From positions 32,001 to 96,000 of the forward strand of contig OZ241877.1 of the NCBI GenBank assembly GCA_965203095.1: a stretch of DNA of 64,000 nt. Reading direction: 5' to 3'. Position 1 is the first letter of the stretch; every line of letters begins with the position of its first letter. The notes below the pieces were generated by a model. That model saw nothing but the letters and a program-made list of their open reading frames with translations, had not been told where the DNA came from and made no database searches. The DNA is from Bdellovibrionales bacterium (lineage in GTDB: Bacteria; Bdellovibrionota; Bdellovibrionia; Bdellovibrionales; UBA1609). Below, one piece after another: positions 48,885 to 58,239 of this stretch. A program made the translations under genes and the position numbers.

Positions 48885-50072
48885 ATGAATAGGCCAAAAT
48901 GTTTTTATTATATCAGTCATAAGGACAATTTAAAATCTATCTTAAAAAGAGGTATATTGTCCCGATCACAAATAAAAGCTGGTTTGTTTGCTAAAATTGG
49001 ATTAGGCCAAAAAACAAAATCCATCCATGATGAAAGCATTATTCAAAGTAGAAAAAGCAGGAAATTCAAAAACCGTTCCCTTTGGGATTATGCCAATGTG
49101 TATTTTCAAGCACGAAACCCTATGCTCTACCGGGTGATTAAAGAGTTTGGGAAGGAGGAGATTGTTGTTTTGCAAATCAACTCAGATATTTTAGACATAC
49201 CCGGCTCTGGAATTACAGACGGCAATTCAGCCTCTCCAAATGCTATTATTTTTGAAGACATAAATGAAGGCTTAAGTGCTTTGGACAAGACCTTATTTGA
49301 AAAAGGCCATTGGATTAACATTGAGAACGGAAAAAGAAAAATAATGGCAGAAGCCTTAATCCCCGATCAAATTCCAACAGAAAAAATAACAAGCATATAC
49401 ACAAACTCTCAACAAACAAGTCAAGAAATAAAAGAAGAGCTGAAAATATTGCTAAATAACATACCTGTTATTTTTCATCCTTGGATATTTTTTCATCCTA
49501 AATTTCAAAAAAATATTCCAAAAAAAATCTCACTTGTAAAAGGGGATATGTTTTTTTCAAAAATGAAAACTTTTACAATTAGTGTAAATACTGTCGGGGT
49601 TATGGGCAAGGGCCTGGCCTCAAGGGCTAAGTATCAATTCCCCGATGTTTATGTTCTTTATCAAGATATTTGCCGGCAAAGGAGGTTAAAAATGGGTGTT
49701 CCTTATCTTTATAAAAGAGAAGAAAATTATGAAAAAACTCTTATAGAGGACACAAACTCCACTGTGACTGAAAACGGGAATCGATGGTTTTTGCTCTTCC
49801 CCACAAAAAATCATTGGAGGGAAAAATCCCCACTGGAAGGGATCGAAAAGGGCCTGCAACACTTGGTAGCCCATTATAAAAACCAAGAAATAGAATCCAT
49901 AGCTCTCCCCGCCTTAGGCTGTGGCTTAGGTGGTTTGGATTGGAAGGATGTCGGCCCTTTGATGTGCCGATACTTAGATAAAATGGATATTCCGAGTTCG
50001 GTTTATTTGCCTCTTGAAGGGCAGATTCCTGAAAAACAGTTGTCAGCTGAGTTTTTATTAAACTACAAATAA
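48885..50072 (+). CDS. Single-chain fusion of DarT ssDNA ADP-ribosyltransferase and DarG-type macrodomain
   Basis: DarT motifs YYISH..NL.SIL..GILS, YANVYF.ARNPMLY, TDGN, AEALIP; macrodomain GDMF, VNTVGVMGKGLA, FPTKNHWR, SIALPALGCGLGGLDW. Confidence 0.88.
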   Translation: MNRPKCFYYISHKDNLKSILKRGILSRSQIKAGLFAKIGLGQKTKSIHDESIIQSRKSRKFKNRSLWDYANVYFQARNPMLYRVIKEFGKEEIVVLQINSDILDIPGSGITDGNSASPNAIIFEDINEGLSALDKTLFEKGHWINIENGKRKIMAEALIPDQIPTEKITSIYTNSQQTSQEIKEELKILLNNIPVIFHPWIFFHPKFQKNIPKKISLVKGDMFFSKMKTFTISVNTVGVMGKGLASRAKYQFPDVYVLYQDICRQRRLKMGVPYLYKREENYEKTLIEDTNSTVTENGNRWFLLFPTKNHWREKSPLEGIEKGLQHLVAHYKNQEIESIALPALGCGLGGLDWKDVGPLMCRYLDKMDIPSSVYLPLEGQIPEKQLSAEFLLNYK

Positions 50073-50083
50073 AAAAACAAAAT

Positions 50084-50159
50084 TATACCGATTTTGTTTG
50101 AAAATTCTTGTTTTTTCTATCCCCTATTTTGAACGGAATTTTAACTGTGATTGCTGTAT
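50084..50159 (+). mobile_element. Family-B element (copy 3), right flank of the defence cassette
   Basis: TATACCGATTTTGTTTGAAAATTCTTG...GAACGGAA; right end degenerate. Confidence 0.75.
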
Positions 50160-50544
50160 GTTAGATCAATAGACTAAAGGCTGGGAAAAGCCCAAAAAAG
50201 AATTTTTATAGAGGAATATTTTTAAAAAATTTAAAGCCATCAGTCAAAATAATTGATACAGCACTGCACAATAGGGGATAAGGGGTTTTTACACTATGCG
50301 ACAATTCCCGTATTAAAGAAGGAAGCTCTAACAACATAATTGGGGGTAGGGAGCTGTTGGGCTTTAGTGCAGAGAAGATATAAAAAAGCAGAAAAAAGGC
50401 TTTGCTAAAATAGGGAAAGGGATTTATATTCAGATTAGAGTAAGGGAATTAGATGGGGATAAAGAGAGGAAATGAAACATAAAAAATTATTAGGAAATAG
50501 TGTTAGTAAAAGATATTCGGTCACCATGAACCCACACTAATAAA

Positions 50545-51363
50545 ATGAAAAGGCTTAATTCTACCGCTAAAAAAGTTTTTTCTATAAATAAAAAAAATCA
50601 ATTTTTATTAAAAACAATAGACTTTAAACCTTTGCTTAAAAGTATAAAGCCCAATACTACAGATTTGATTTTGACTGATCCCCCTTATGCTATCTCAAAA
50701 AAAACAGGATTTAAACAAATGGGAAAAAACTCTATTGAAAGGTTTGCTGTCTCAATGGATTTTGGAAAATGGGATAACCAAGAGATAAACCTAAAAGAAT
50801 TTGCTCGTTTAAGCTACAAAGCCTTAAGGCCTGGCGGGACTATCATTTGCTTTTATGACTTGTGGAAAATCACAAAAGTTCAAACAGCCTTTATCTCGGC
50901 GGGATTTGGAATGATAAGGCTAATTATATGGGAAAAAACAAATCCTGTCCCTCTCAATTCGCATAGTATTTATTTAAGCAACTCAAGGGAAGTGGCTGTT
51001 TTAGGGATAAAAGGGGGCAAGCCTACTTTTAATAGTAAATACGATAATGGGATTTATGAATTTCCTATACATAGAGAAAAAAGAATACATCCCACACAAA
51101 AACCCTTAAAGCTCATGTCCGCCTTAATCAAAAAACATTCCAAAGTTAATGATTTAGTAGTGGATCCTTTCTTAGGTTCCGGTTCCACGGCACTTGCCGC
51201 ATTAAAATTAAAAAGAAAATTTATCGGAGGCGATAAAGATAGGAGGTATGTTGAAAAAGCAAGAAAAAGAATTGAAAAAGCTAACAAAGAAAGCTCTGTT
51301 TTTAGAATTAGCAAAGCCCGACAAAACGGGTCTGTCAAAAAAAGTGTATATAAAAGAGTTTAA
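50545..51363 (+). CDS. Beta-class N4-C/N6-A DNA methyltransferase
   Basis: LILTDPPY precedes HPTQKP and DPFLGSGST. Confidence 0.92.
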   Translation: MKRLNSTAKKVFSINKKNQFLLKTIDFKPLLKSIKPNTTDLILTDPPYAISKKTGFKQMGKNSIERFAVSMDFGKWDNQEINLKEFARLSYKALRPGGTIICFYDLWKITKVQTAFISAGFGMIRLIIWEKTNPVPLNSHSIYLSNSREVAVLGIKGGKPTFNSKYDNGIYEFPIHREKRIHPTQKPLKLMSALIKKHSKVNDLVVDPFLGSGSTALAALKLKRKFIGGDKDRRYVEKARKRIEKANKESSVFRISKARQNGSVKKSVYKRV

Positions 51364-51841
51364 AGGTAAATATAAATCTCTATTCTACAGAAACGGCAAT
51401 CCCTGGGCCAGAAGTTTAAAGGAATATAATATTTATATTCATAAAGAAAAAAACAAAACTCAATATATCCAGTTAAGAGGTTTTAAGCCTCATAGTTTTA
51501 GCCAAAACATAAAATCATCTATTAAAAAAGAGATCTTAACAAAACCCTGTGTTGTATTAAATACTACACATAATCTTGAATGCGATCATAAAGACGGCTT
51601 TAAAGAGTTTGATATATTACCAGAAAATCAAACTCAAGATTTATTCCAGCCAATGCATAAGTCTGTTAATTCTGCTAAAAGAGAGCATTGTAAAAAATGT
51701 AGGAAAACTAAAATCCGATTTGACGCTAAAAAGCTTGGTTATAAAAAATCTCAATGGAAGGGAAAAAGCAGATATGAAGGAAGTTGTGAAGGTTGTTATT
51801 GGCATGACCCCTTCCGTTTTAACAGGGAGTCAAGTATATAA
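51248..51841 (+). CDS. IceA/NlaIII-like HNH restriction endonuclease
   Basis: LFLELAKPD..G, GNPWAR, CVVL, ECDHKDG, FQP...N.AKR..CKKC, RFDAKKLGY, CEGCYWHDP resemble NlaIII/IceA1. Confidence 0.8.
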   Translation: MLKKQEKELKKLTKKALFLELAKPDKTGLSKKVYIKEFKGKYKSLFYRNGNPWARSLKEYNIYIHKEKNKTQYIQLRGFKPHSFSQNIKSSIKKEILTKPCVVLNTTHNLECDHKDGFKEFDILPENQTQDLFQPMHKSVNSAKREHCKKCRKTKIRFDAKKLGYKKSQWKGKSRYEGSCEGCYWHDPFRFNRESSI

Positions 51842-51868
51842 TTCCCAAACTTCTCAATTGTGATCAGT

Positions 51869-52561
51869 TTAAGAGATTATGTTGGGATGAGGAAGAGATC
51901 TTAACTTGTTAAAAAAAGCAAAAGCTTTATCACACCATTTTAAAAAAAGTTCTTTCCGGCAAAGCTTTATTCCCGGATAAAATGAGAGTTTGTCATGCTT
52001 CCGGCCGGCCTCCCCACAACTTTTAATGGCAGAAAACAAACTCAAATCATTTTCCACATTAATAGACAAACCCTGCTGGCTCAGCCCTTCAGAAATATGG
52101 ATCCCAAAAAAACAAATTTTCCCCCTGGCTGTCCAAAGGCCCGCCCGATCCCCCTGTTTTACTACCTGCACATTAAGGCTCTTAAAAAAATCTATACTGA
52201 TCTCCTCTAAAGAGGAAATAAAATCCTTAACCCTCAAACCAAAAAAAGGGAGATGAATAACAGGATAAATCACCAACTGCCCCGGAGAATGCAAAGTGGC
52301 CCCCCCTCCCCTTTTGACCTCACAGCAAGAAAGCCCTTTTTCCTTTAAGCGACTTTTAGGCCAAAGAATATGCTCTGCCCCGGACTTCAGCCCTAAACTG
52401 ACCACCGCCTTAGAGCTTTCAAAACCAAAAAAACAAAACTTTGATTTTTTTGCAGATTTTTTTAATTCCTTTTGCAGGAAAAGGCTTTTTTCAAAAGGCA
52501 AAATTCCGGCCCAATGGCAGGAAAGCTCTCCCTTATCCCTATTTCCTACATTATTACTCAC
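51869..52561 (-). CDS. lipB: Lipoyl(octanoyl) transferase
   Basis: RGGGATLHSPGQLVIYP, GKICFFGI, GLSINV, IKSCG. Confidence 0.9.
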   Translation of the reverse strand: MSNNVGNRDKGELSCHWAGILPFEKSLFLQKELKKSAKKSKFCFFGFESSKAVVSLGLKSGAEHILWPKSRLKEKGLSCCEVKRGGGATLHSPGQLVIYPVIHLPFFGLRVKDFISSLEEISIDFFKSLNVQVVKQGDRAGLWTARGKICFFGIHISEGLSQQGLSINVENDLSLFSAIKSCGEAGRKHDKLSFYPGIKLCRKELFLKWCDKAFAFFNKLRSLPHPNIIS

Positions 52562-53748
52562 AGTGTTTTAGCGTAAATCTCCATTTTCCGCTTTTTAAAA
52601 CCTTTAACTTGAATGGCAAAACCAGGCAAACGAGCCTTTTTTAACTCTTTAATAATAGAAGTCATGCTTTTTGAAGACTCTGCTAAATAAAGCCAACGAC
52701 CACTACTTAAAAATCTCTCTTCTAAACTTTGTATCCCTGAAATATTTTCCACAAGAGCTTTTTTAAGCCGTTCCGCCTCAGCATAAGTGAGTGCACCTTG
52801 GATACTGATAATCATACGGTTCAATTCCAAAACCCCTTCTTCCTGATAAAAAGCCAGCTGATAACTCAGGCTATTTAAAACATCCTTTGAACGGAGAAGC
52901 AGTTCCTTTACAGGATCCTTCATAAGGGCCGGAGAGAATGGGAATTGCTTTTTCAACTTGAATAAAAACTGACGAGTCTTTATGTTAAAAACATTAAATG
53001 AAAACTGAGTCTGATAAGAGGAAGAAAGCGAACCCTGCCCAATTAAATCAGCTGAAGAACCTGTTTGGATATGGCCTAATAAAATGAGGTCACAATTATA
53101 AAATTCAGATAAAGAGGCAAAATGTTTGGCCCGTGTGACTTTTTTTGGCAAAACAAAGGAGGGAGCACCTTCGTCTATCCTTTGAAAAACAGGATCTAAA
53201 ACATAAAAACCTTGTTTAATTAGCTCTCCACTTAACAACTTGAAAAAAGCTGTGGCCATTTGCTTTAAAAGAGGATCTGCTGTTTCGCTTGATTTTTTTT
53301 TAAACCAAGAATAGCTTTTCTTTTTCTCTTCAAAATAAGAGGAAAAAGAAATAGCAGGAAGTAAGCAAAAAGAACCTTCCGAAGTATAAAATAAATTATG
53401 GTTTAACAAAAGATTTTTTAAATTCTCCCTGGAGACTTGAGCTGTCACAGTAAAGGAAAAAGCCCCATCATCTTGCAAAACCCCAGAGGAGATCTGAACC
53501 GATAGGATATAGCGGTTCCGGCCCTTTATTATATATTTTACAATTTTTTGCTTTTCTTTTTGATATTTGTCTGCCCCCACCATCTCTTTAACAAGCTCCT
53601 GGGATATTTCATCTAAAGCCGATTTTTGTGCCAAAGCCTTGTCATCTGTTTTTAAACTTATCTCCTTTACCAATGTCTCTATTTTTTGTGCAGAGGCTCC
53701 GTTCAACAAAGCACCGGACAAAAATATAAAAAACCATTTTTTAATCAT
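52558..53748 (-). CDS. Exported hypothetical protein
   Basis: Signal peptide MIKKWFFIFLSGALLNGASA; in line between dnaE and lipB. Confidence 0.7.
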   Translation of the reverse strand: MIKKWFFIFLSGALLNGASAQKIETLVKEISLKTDDKALAQKSALDEISQELVKEMVGADKYQKEKQKIVKYIIKGRNRYILSVQISSGVLQDDGAFSFTVTAQVSRENLKNLLLNHNLFYTSEGSFCLLPAISFSSYFEEKKKSYSWFKKKSSETADPLLKQMATAFFKLLSGELIKQGFYVLDPVFQRIDEGAPSFVLPKKVTRAKHFASLSEFYNCDLILLGHIQTGSSADLIGQGSLSSSYQTQFSFNVFNIKTRQFLFKLKKQFPFSPALMKDPVKELLLRSKDVLNSLSYQLAFYQEEGVLELNRMIISIQGALTYAEAERLKKALVENISGIQSLEERFLSSGRWLYLAESSKSMTSIIKELKKARLPGFAIQVKGFKKRKMEIYAKTL

Positions 53749-53764
53749 AACATCCCTCTTTTTT

Positions 53765-56700
53765 TTAAGACCTGTATAACACAATAGGTTCTGTTGTTTT
53801 AAAAATTTTTCGTGCCTTTTGCAAAAAACCATGTGTGATCTTTATACCATGCCATTTCCCCTGAGTGTCAATTTCCACAAAAGCTTTTTTTTCTGGAATA
53901 TATGTTTTAAGGCCAATACAAGAGGGGCCGGAAGGGCTGGAGGAAAGCAACTCCTTTAACTCCGAAAGGCTTTGTTTGCTCATATCTGGAGAGAGCTCAA
54001 ACTCAATTTTTTGAACCTGCTTTAATAAGTCATCTAAAAAACTCAACTCCTCCACAACTAACTGAGGGGTCCGCCCTCTGTCTTTTTTTAAAGAACCAGT
54101 AAGACAAAAAACTTCCCCTTCCTGAAGAAGCTTTTCCTTAGCCTTCCCATACACTTCGGGAAATAAAATGGCCTCCATAGAGCCGGCCCCATCCTCTAAA
54201 ATAGCAAATGCCATGAGTTGGGACTTTTTTTTAGTCACTATTTCCCTAATGTGAGAGATCAAAGCCAAAGTTTTCACAGTTTGAGAGGCCAAACCTCTCC
54301 GTTTGAGATGAGAGACTGTTTGACAACCTAAAGACAATTCCAAACCCTCCAAAGCCTTAGTGGGATGGTCATTTAAGTAAAAACCAAAAGATTCCTTTTC
54401 ATAAGCTAACCTTTCTTTCCGGGACCAAGGTTCTGTTTTTAAAATCTGAACATGGGCTGATTTTTCAGAATGAGAATCAAAAAGGCTTTGTTGACCGGAC
54501 ATTTGATCTTCCTTTTGCTTTAAGCCATAATGGCTGAATTTTTCTATATTTTCAAAAATTTCCCTCCGTTTATAGCCAAAACCATCTAAAGCACCGGATT
54601 TGATTAAGCCCTCTAAAGTTTTTTTATTGACTTTTTTTAAATCTACAAGCTCAAAAAACTCCTCTAACCGAGAAAACTTTTTGCCCTTTAACTGCTCTCT
54701 CGCTCGCACAATCTCTTTAGCCGCTGAAAGGCCCACACCTTTAATAGCTCCAAGTGAAAAATAAATTTTTCCCTCCTTTATCACGAAACGAAAAGAGGAA
54801 CTATTGACATGAGGGGAAAGGGGGCTTGTGCCATGCTCTCTGGCATCCCGAATGTAGGGTAGCAGTTTATCCGAATCGTTTTGCTCGACAGTCATTTGTG
54901 AGGCTAAAAATTCTACCGTATAATATCGTTTCAACCAAGCGGTTTGTGCGGCCAAAACACAGTAAGCCGCCGCATGGGATTTGTTAAATCCGTATTTAGC
55001 AAACTCCGCCATCAAGTCAAAAAGCTCTTCTGATTTTTTTAAAGGCTGTCCCTTTTTTGTTGCCCCTTCTAAAAACCGATTTTTTTGCTTTTTCATAACC
55101 GACTGAATCTTCTTTCCCATAGCTCGCCTCAAAACATCTGCTTCGCCATAGCTATAGCCGGCAATTTCCACAGCAATTTGCTGGACTTGCTCTTGATAAA
55201 CAATAATTCCGTAAGTCTCTTTTAAAATAGGCTCTAATTGGGGGAACATATATTCCACAGGCACACGGGCTTTTTTACGATCCAAATAAGAGGAGATCAT
55301 ACTCATCGGCCCTGGGCGATAAAGGGCGTTTATGGCCACAATATCCTCAAAACAAGTGGGCTGGGATTTAATTAAAAGATCGGTAATGCCAGCACCTTCA
55401 AACTGAAAGATCCCCACTGTGTCCCCACGGGACATAATCTCATAAATGCCACTGTCCTTTAAAGAAATTTGCCCTGTTGTGATCCTCTTCCCATGATTTT
55501 CCTCAATCAAACGAAAAGTCTCCGCCATAATAGTCAAAGTTTTTAAGCCCAAAAAATCAAACTTCACTAAGCCAATTTTTTCAGCCTGTTTCAGATCGTA
55601 TTGGATAACATTTTCGCCATCGGCTCCTCGGCAAAGGGGGGCATAACTAACAATGGGAGTATCCGCTATAATAATGCCTGCGGCATGCAGTCCAACATGA
55701 CGAACCAAGCCCTCAAGCAAAGCCGTAAGTTGGATCCATTCGGCAACTTTAGGATCTTCGTCCGCCATCTTCTTTAAACGAGGCTCTTTTTTTAAAGCCT
55801 CCTTTAAAGTGATCCCCAAAATGTCCGGTATGAGTTTGCTCACCTGATCCACTTCGCTATAATTTAAAGCCAACACACGACCCACATCACGAAGGGCCGC
55901 CCGGACACTTAACCTCCCATAAGTAATAACATGAGCACTGCATTCCGATCCGTATTTTTTAGTAATGTAATCAATCACTCTTTGCCGATTTTCCTGACAG
56001 AAATCAATATCAAAATCCGGCATGCTGATTCTTTCAGGATTTAAAAATCTTTCAAAAATCAAATTTAAGGGCATAGGATCTAAGTCTGTAATGCCCAAAC
56101 AAAAAGACACTAAAGAGCTGGCTCCAGATCCTCTTCCCGGCCCCACAGGGATCCCATTTTTTTTGGCCCAACTAATAAAATCATAAACAATATAAAAATA
56201 ACCCTTAAAGCCCATTCTTTCTATAATTTCCAACTCATAATTGAGCCTTTTAAGATATTTTGACTTTTTCTCCGAAGTCCAAACCTCTCCTCGTGTGTGA
56301 GCTTCTTTCATTCGATTTTCCAAACCCTTTATGGCCAGATCTTTTAAATTCTTTTCGCCATCAATTAACTGAGGCAAATGATAAATGGGGCGAGCCTTAT
56401 CATCCTTGACTTTAAAACGGACATGGCACTGTTCAGCTATTTCCAAAGTGTTATCGCAAGCCTTTTGGTAAAAGCCGGAAATAGCGGGATTATTTTTAAA
56501 CATGCCTCTCATTTCATCCGGGCTTTTAACATAAAAAACCGCTGGGCCTAACCGGGGCCGATCTTTATCAGACAAAGTTCTATTAGCACCAATGCAAAAT
56601 AAAATGTCTTGCACTAAGGAGTCTTTTTTCTCTATATAGTGGACATCCCCCCCGGCAACTAAAGGCAAATTTTCGCGATGACCTACTTCCGCTAAAAAAA

Positions 56701-57274
56701 CATTGTAAGCCTCACAAGCCTTAAGCCCTACAGGAGCCAACTGGAGATAGAGGTTGGAACCAAAAAGGCTTTTTAATTTTTTAATCTCTTGAATGGCAAA
56801 GTCAGGACCTTTATTGTGAAATAAATAGGGCACAAAGCCACGGCTGGCCCCAGTTAAAGCTATAAGCCCCTCTTTACACTTCTCTAAAAGAGCCAGGTCG
56901 GCTCGCGGAACAAAATAAAAGCCTTTTTGATGAGCTGATGTATTGATACGACAAAGGTTTTTATAACCTTCTAAATTTTTAGATAAAAGAACAATAGTGT
57001 TATATTTAATGGGGTGACGAAAGCTTGCACCTGTCCATTTTTTTTCCTTTTTTTTATAATCCTCCACATAATACATTTCACAAGCTAAGATAGGATTGAT
57101 GCCCTTGGACAAGGCGGAAAAATAAAACTCCAAAGCACCAAACATGTTGCCATAGTCTGTTAAGGCCATGGCCGGCATTTTAAACTCTAAACACTTGTCT
57201 ATGAGGGCGGGCACTGTGCATGCCGCATTCAAAAGGGAATAATGGGAATGAACATGAAGATGGACAAAAGACAT
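53765..57274 (-). CDS. dnaE: DNA polymerase III alpha subunit
   Basis: PHP HLHVHSHYSLL, GPGRGSGA, FERFLNPERISMPDFDIDF, KFDFLGL, YGFNKSHAAAY, OB fold. Confidence 0.97.
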   Translation of the reverse strand: MSFVHLHVHSHYSLLNAACTVPALIDKCLEFKMPAMALTDYGNMFGALEFYFSALSKGINPILACEMYYVEDYKKKEKKWTGASFRHPIKYNTIVLLSKNLEGYKNLCRINTSAHQKGFYFVPRADLALLEKCKEGLIALTGASRGFVPYLFHNKGPDFAIQEIKKLKSLFGSNLYLQLAPVGLKACEAYNVFLAEVGHRENLPLVAGGDVHYIEKKDSLVQDILFCIGANRTLSDKDRPRLGPAVFYVKSPDEMRGMFKNNPAISGFYQKACDNTLEIAEQCHVRFKVKDDKARPIYHLPQLIDGEKNLKDLAIKGLENRMKEAHTRGEVWTSEKKSKYLKRLNYELEIIERMGFKGYFYIVYDFISWAKKNGIPVGPGRGSGASSLVSFCLGITDLDPMPLNLIFERFLNPERISMPDFDIDFCQENRQRVIDYITKKYGSECSAHVITYGRLSVRAALRDVGRVLALNYSEVDQVSKLIPDILGITLKEALKKEPRLKKMADEDPKVAEWIQLTALLEGLVRHVGLHAAGIIIADTPIVSYAPLCRGADGENVIQYDLKQAEKIGLVKFDFLGLKTLTIMAETFRLIEENHGKRITTGQISLKDSGIYEIMSRGDTVGIFQFEGAGITDLLIKSQPTCFEDIVAINALYRPGPMSMISSYLDRKKARVPVEYMFPQLEPILKETYGIIVYQEQVQQIAVEIAGYSYGEADVLRRAMGKKIQSVMKKQKNRFLEGATKKGQPLKKSEELFDLMAEFAKYGFNKSHAAAYCVLAAQTAWLKRYYTVEFLASQMTVEQNDSDKLLPYIRDAREHGTSPLSPHVNSSSFRFVIKEGKIYFSLGAIKGVGLSAAKEIVRAREQLKGKKFSRLEEFFELVDLKKVNKKTLEGLIKSGALDGFGYKRREIFENIEKFSHYGLKQKEDQMSGQQSLFDSHSEKSAHVQILKTEPWSRKERLAYEKESFGFYLNDHPTKALEGLELSLGCQTVSHLKRRGLASQTVKTLALISHIREIVTKKKSQLMAFAILEDGAGSMEAILFPEVYGKAKEKLLQEGEVFCLTGSLKKDRGRTPQLVVEELSFLDDLLKQVQKIEFELSPDMSKQSLSELKELLSSSPSGPSCIGLKTYIPEKKAFVEIDTQGKWHGIKITHGFLQKARKIFKTTEPIVLYRS

Positions 57275-57407
57275 AAAATTTTAGGAGATAGACTCCCAAT
57301 ATTCAGTATAAAAAAATAAGTTGAGGGTTCTGTTTGTATGTTTTATCACCCTTAAATCTAATATCTCAACCTGCGAACCCCACCAACTGCTCATAGATAA
57401 GGAGGGA

Positions 57408-58028
57408 CTAAGCCTTCCTGGCGGCATAATACTCTGTAAAAAGCCCGACATTAAAGGCAAAAGGGATATGCTCTGGTCCGGGAGAGGATTGCAGAATGCC
57501 AATGATTTTCCCCTGTTTTTCCTCTTTTCTTAAGTAGTCTGGCAGATCCAAGCGAGGGCGACTTAAACCCTGCAAAACAATTTGATTTTTTAAAGATTTC
57601 TCTTTGAGAGATATCTCCTGGTTTTCCTTCACGACAATGGAGGGAATGTTGGCCTTTTTTCCTGAAAGGAGGATATGACCATGGCCCACCAACTGCCGGG
57701 CCGCGGGAATGCTGGTAGCAAAACCTAAGCGAAACACCACATTGTCCAGCCGGCTTTCTAAAAGGCAAATCAGTTTGTTGACCCAATGGCTGGATCGGCC
57801 CTGCTTGGCATTCCTGATAAATCGCCTCAACTGCCTTTCTTTTAAAACATAATGATAGCGAAGCTTTTGCTTCTCCTCTAAACGGAGGGCATAATCGGAA
57901 TACTTCTTCCTCTTATTCCCGCTCTCCCCTGGAGGGTAAGGTCGCCTTTCTAAGGCACCGCTTTTCCCTAATCCGGCCAACTCCAGGCCCAATCGCCTTT
58001 GTGTTTTGAATCGAGCTTTTCGCAACAT
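57408..58028 (-). CDS. rpsD: 30S ribosomal protein S4
   Basis: PYPPG, SDYALRLEEKQKLR, LESRLDNVVFRLGFA, ARQLVGHGH. Confidence 0.95.
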   Translation of the reverse strand: MLRKARFKTQRRLGLELAGLGKSGALERRPYPPGESGNKRKKYSDYALRLEEKQKLRYHYVLKERQLRRFIRNAKQGRSSHWVNKLICLLESRLDNVVFRLGFATSIPAARQLVGHGHILLSGKKANIPSIVVKENQEISLKEKSLKNQIVLQGLSRPRLDLPDYLRKEEKQGKIIGILQSSPGPEHIPFAFNVGLFTEYYAARKA

Positions 58029-58138
58029 AATTTACCCCTTGCCTATACTTTTGCGGAAGGCTGATTTTAAGATCTCCGCAAATAAAACCTGCCTCTGTAT
58101 AATGTCTGTTGGCTCACCTGTCCAGTTTTTTTGTTTTT

Positions 58139-58211
58139 TATATTGATTTTGTTTGAAAATTTCTACCTTTTCTGCTCTTTTTTGACCGGAAAATTCCACT
58201 GTATCAGTATA
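58139..58211 (+). mobile_element. Family-B element (copy 4)
   Basis: TATATTGATTTTGTTTGAAAATT...TGACCGGAAAA...ATCAGTATA. Confidence 0.75.
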
Positions 58212-58239
58212 AATTACCCTTGAAACTGAAGTTCGCAGG

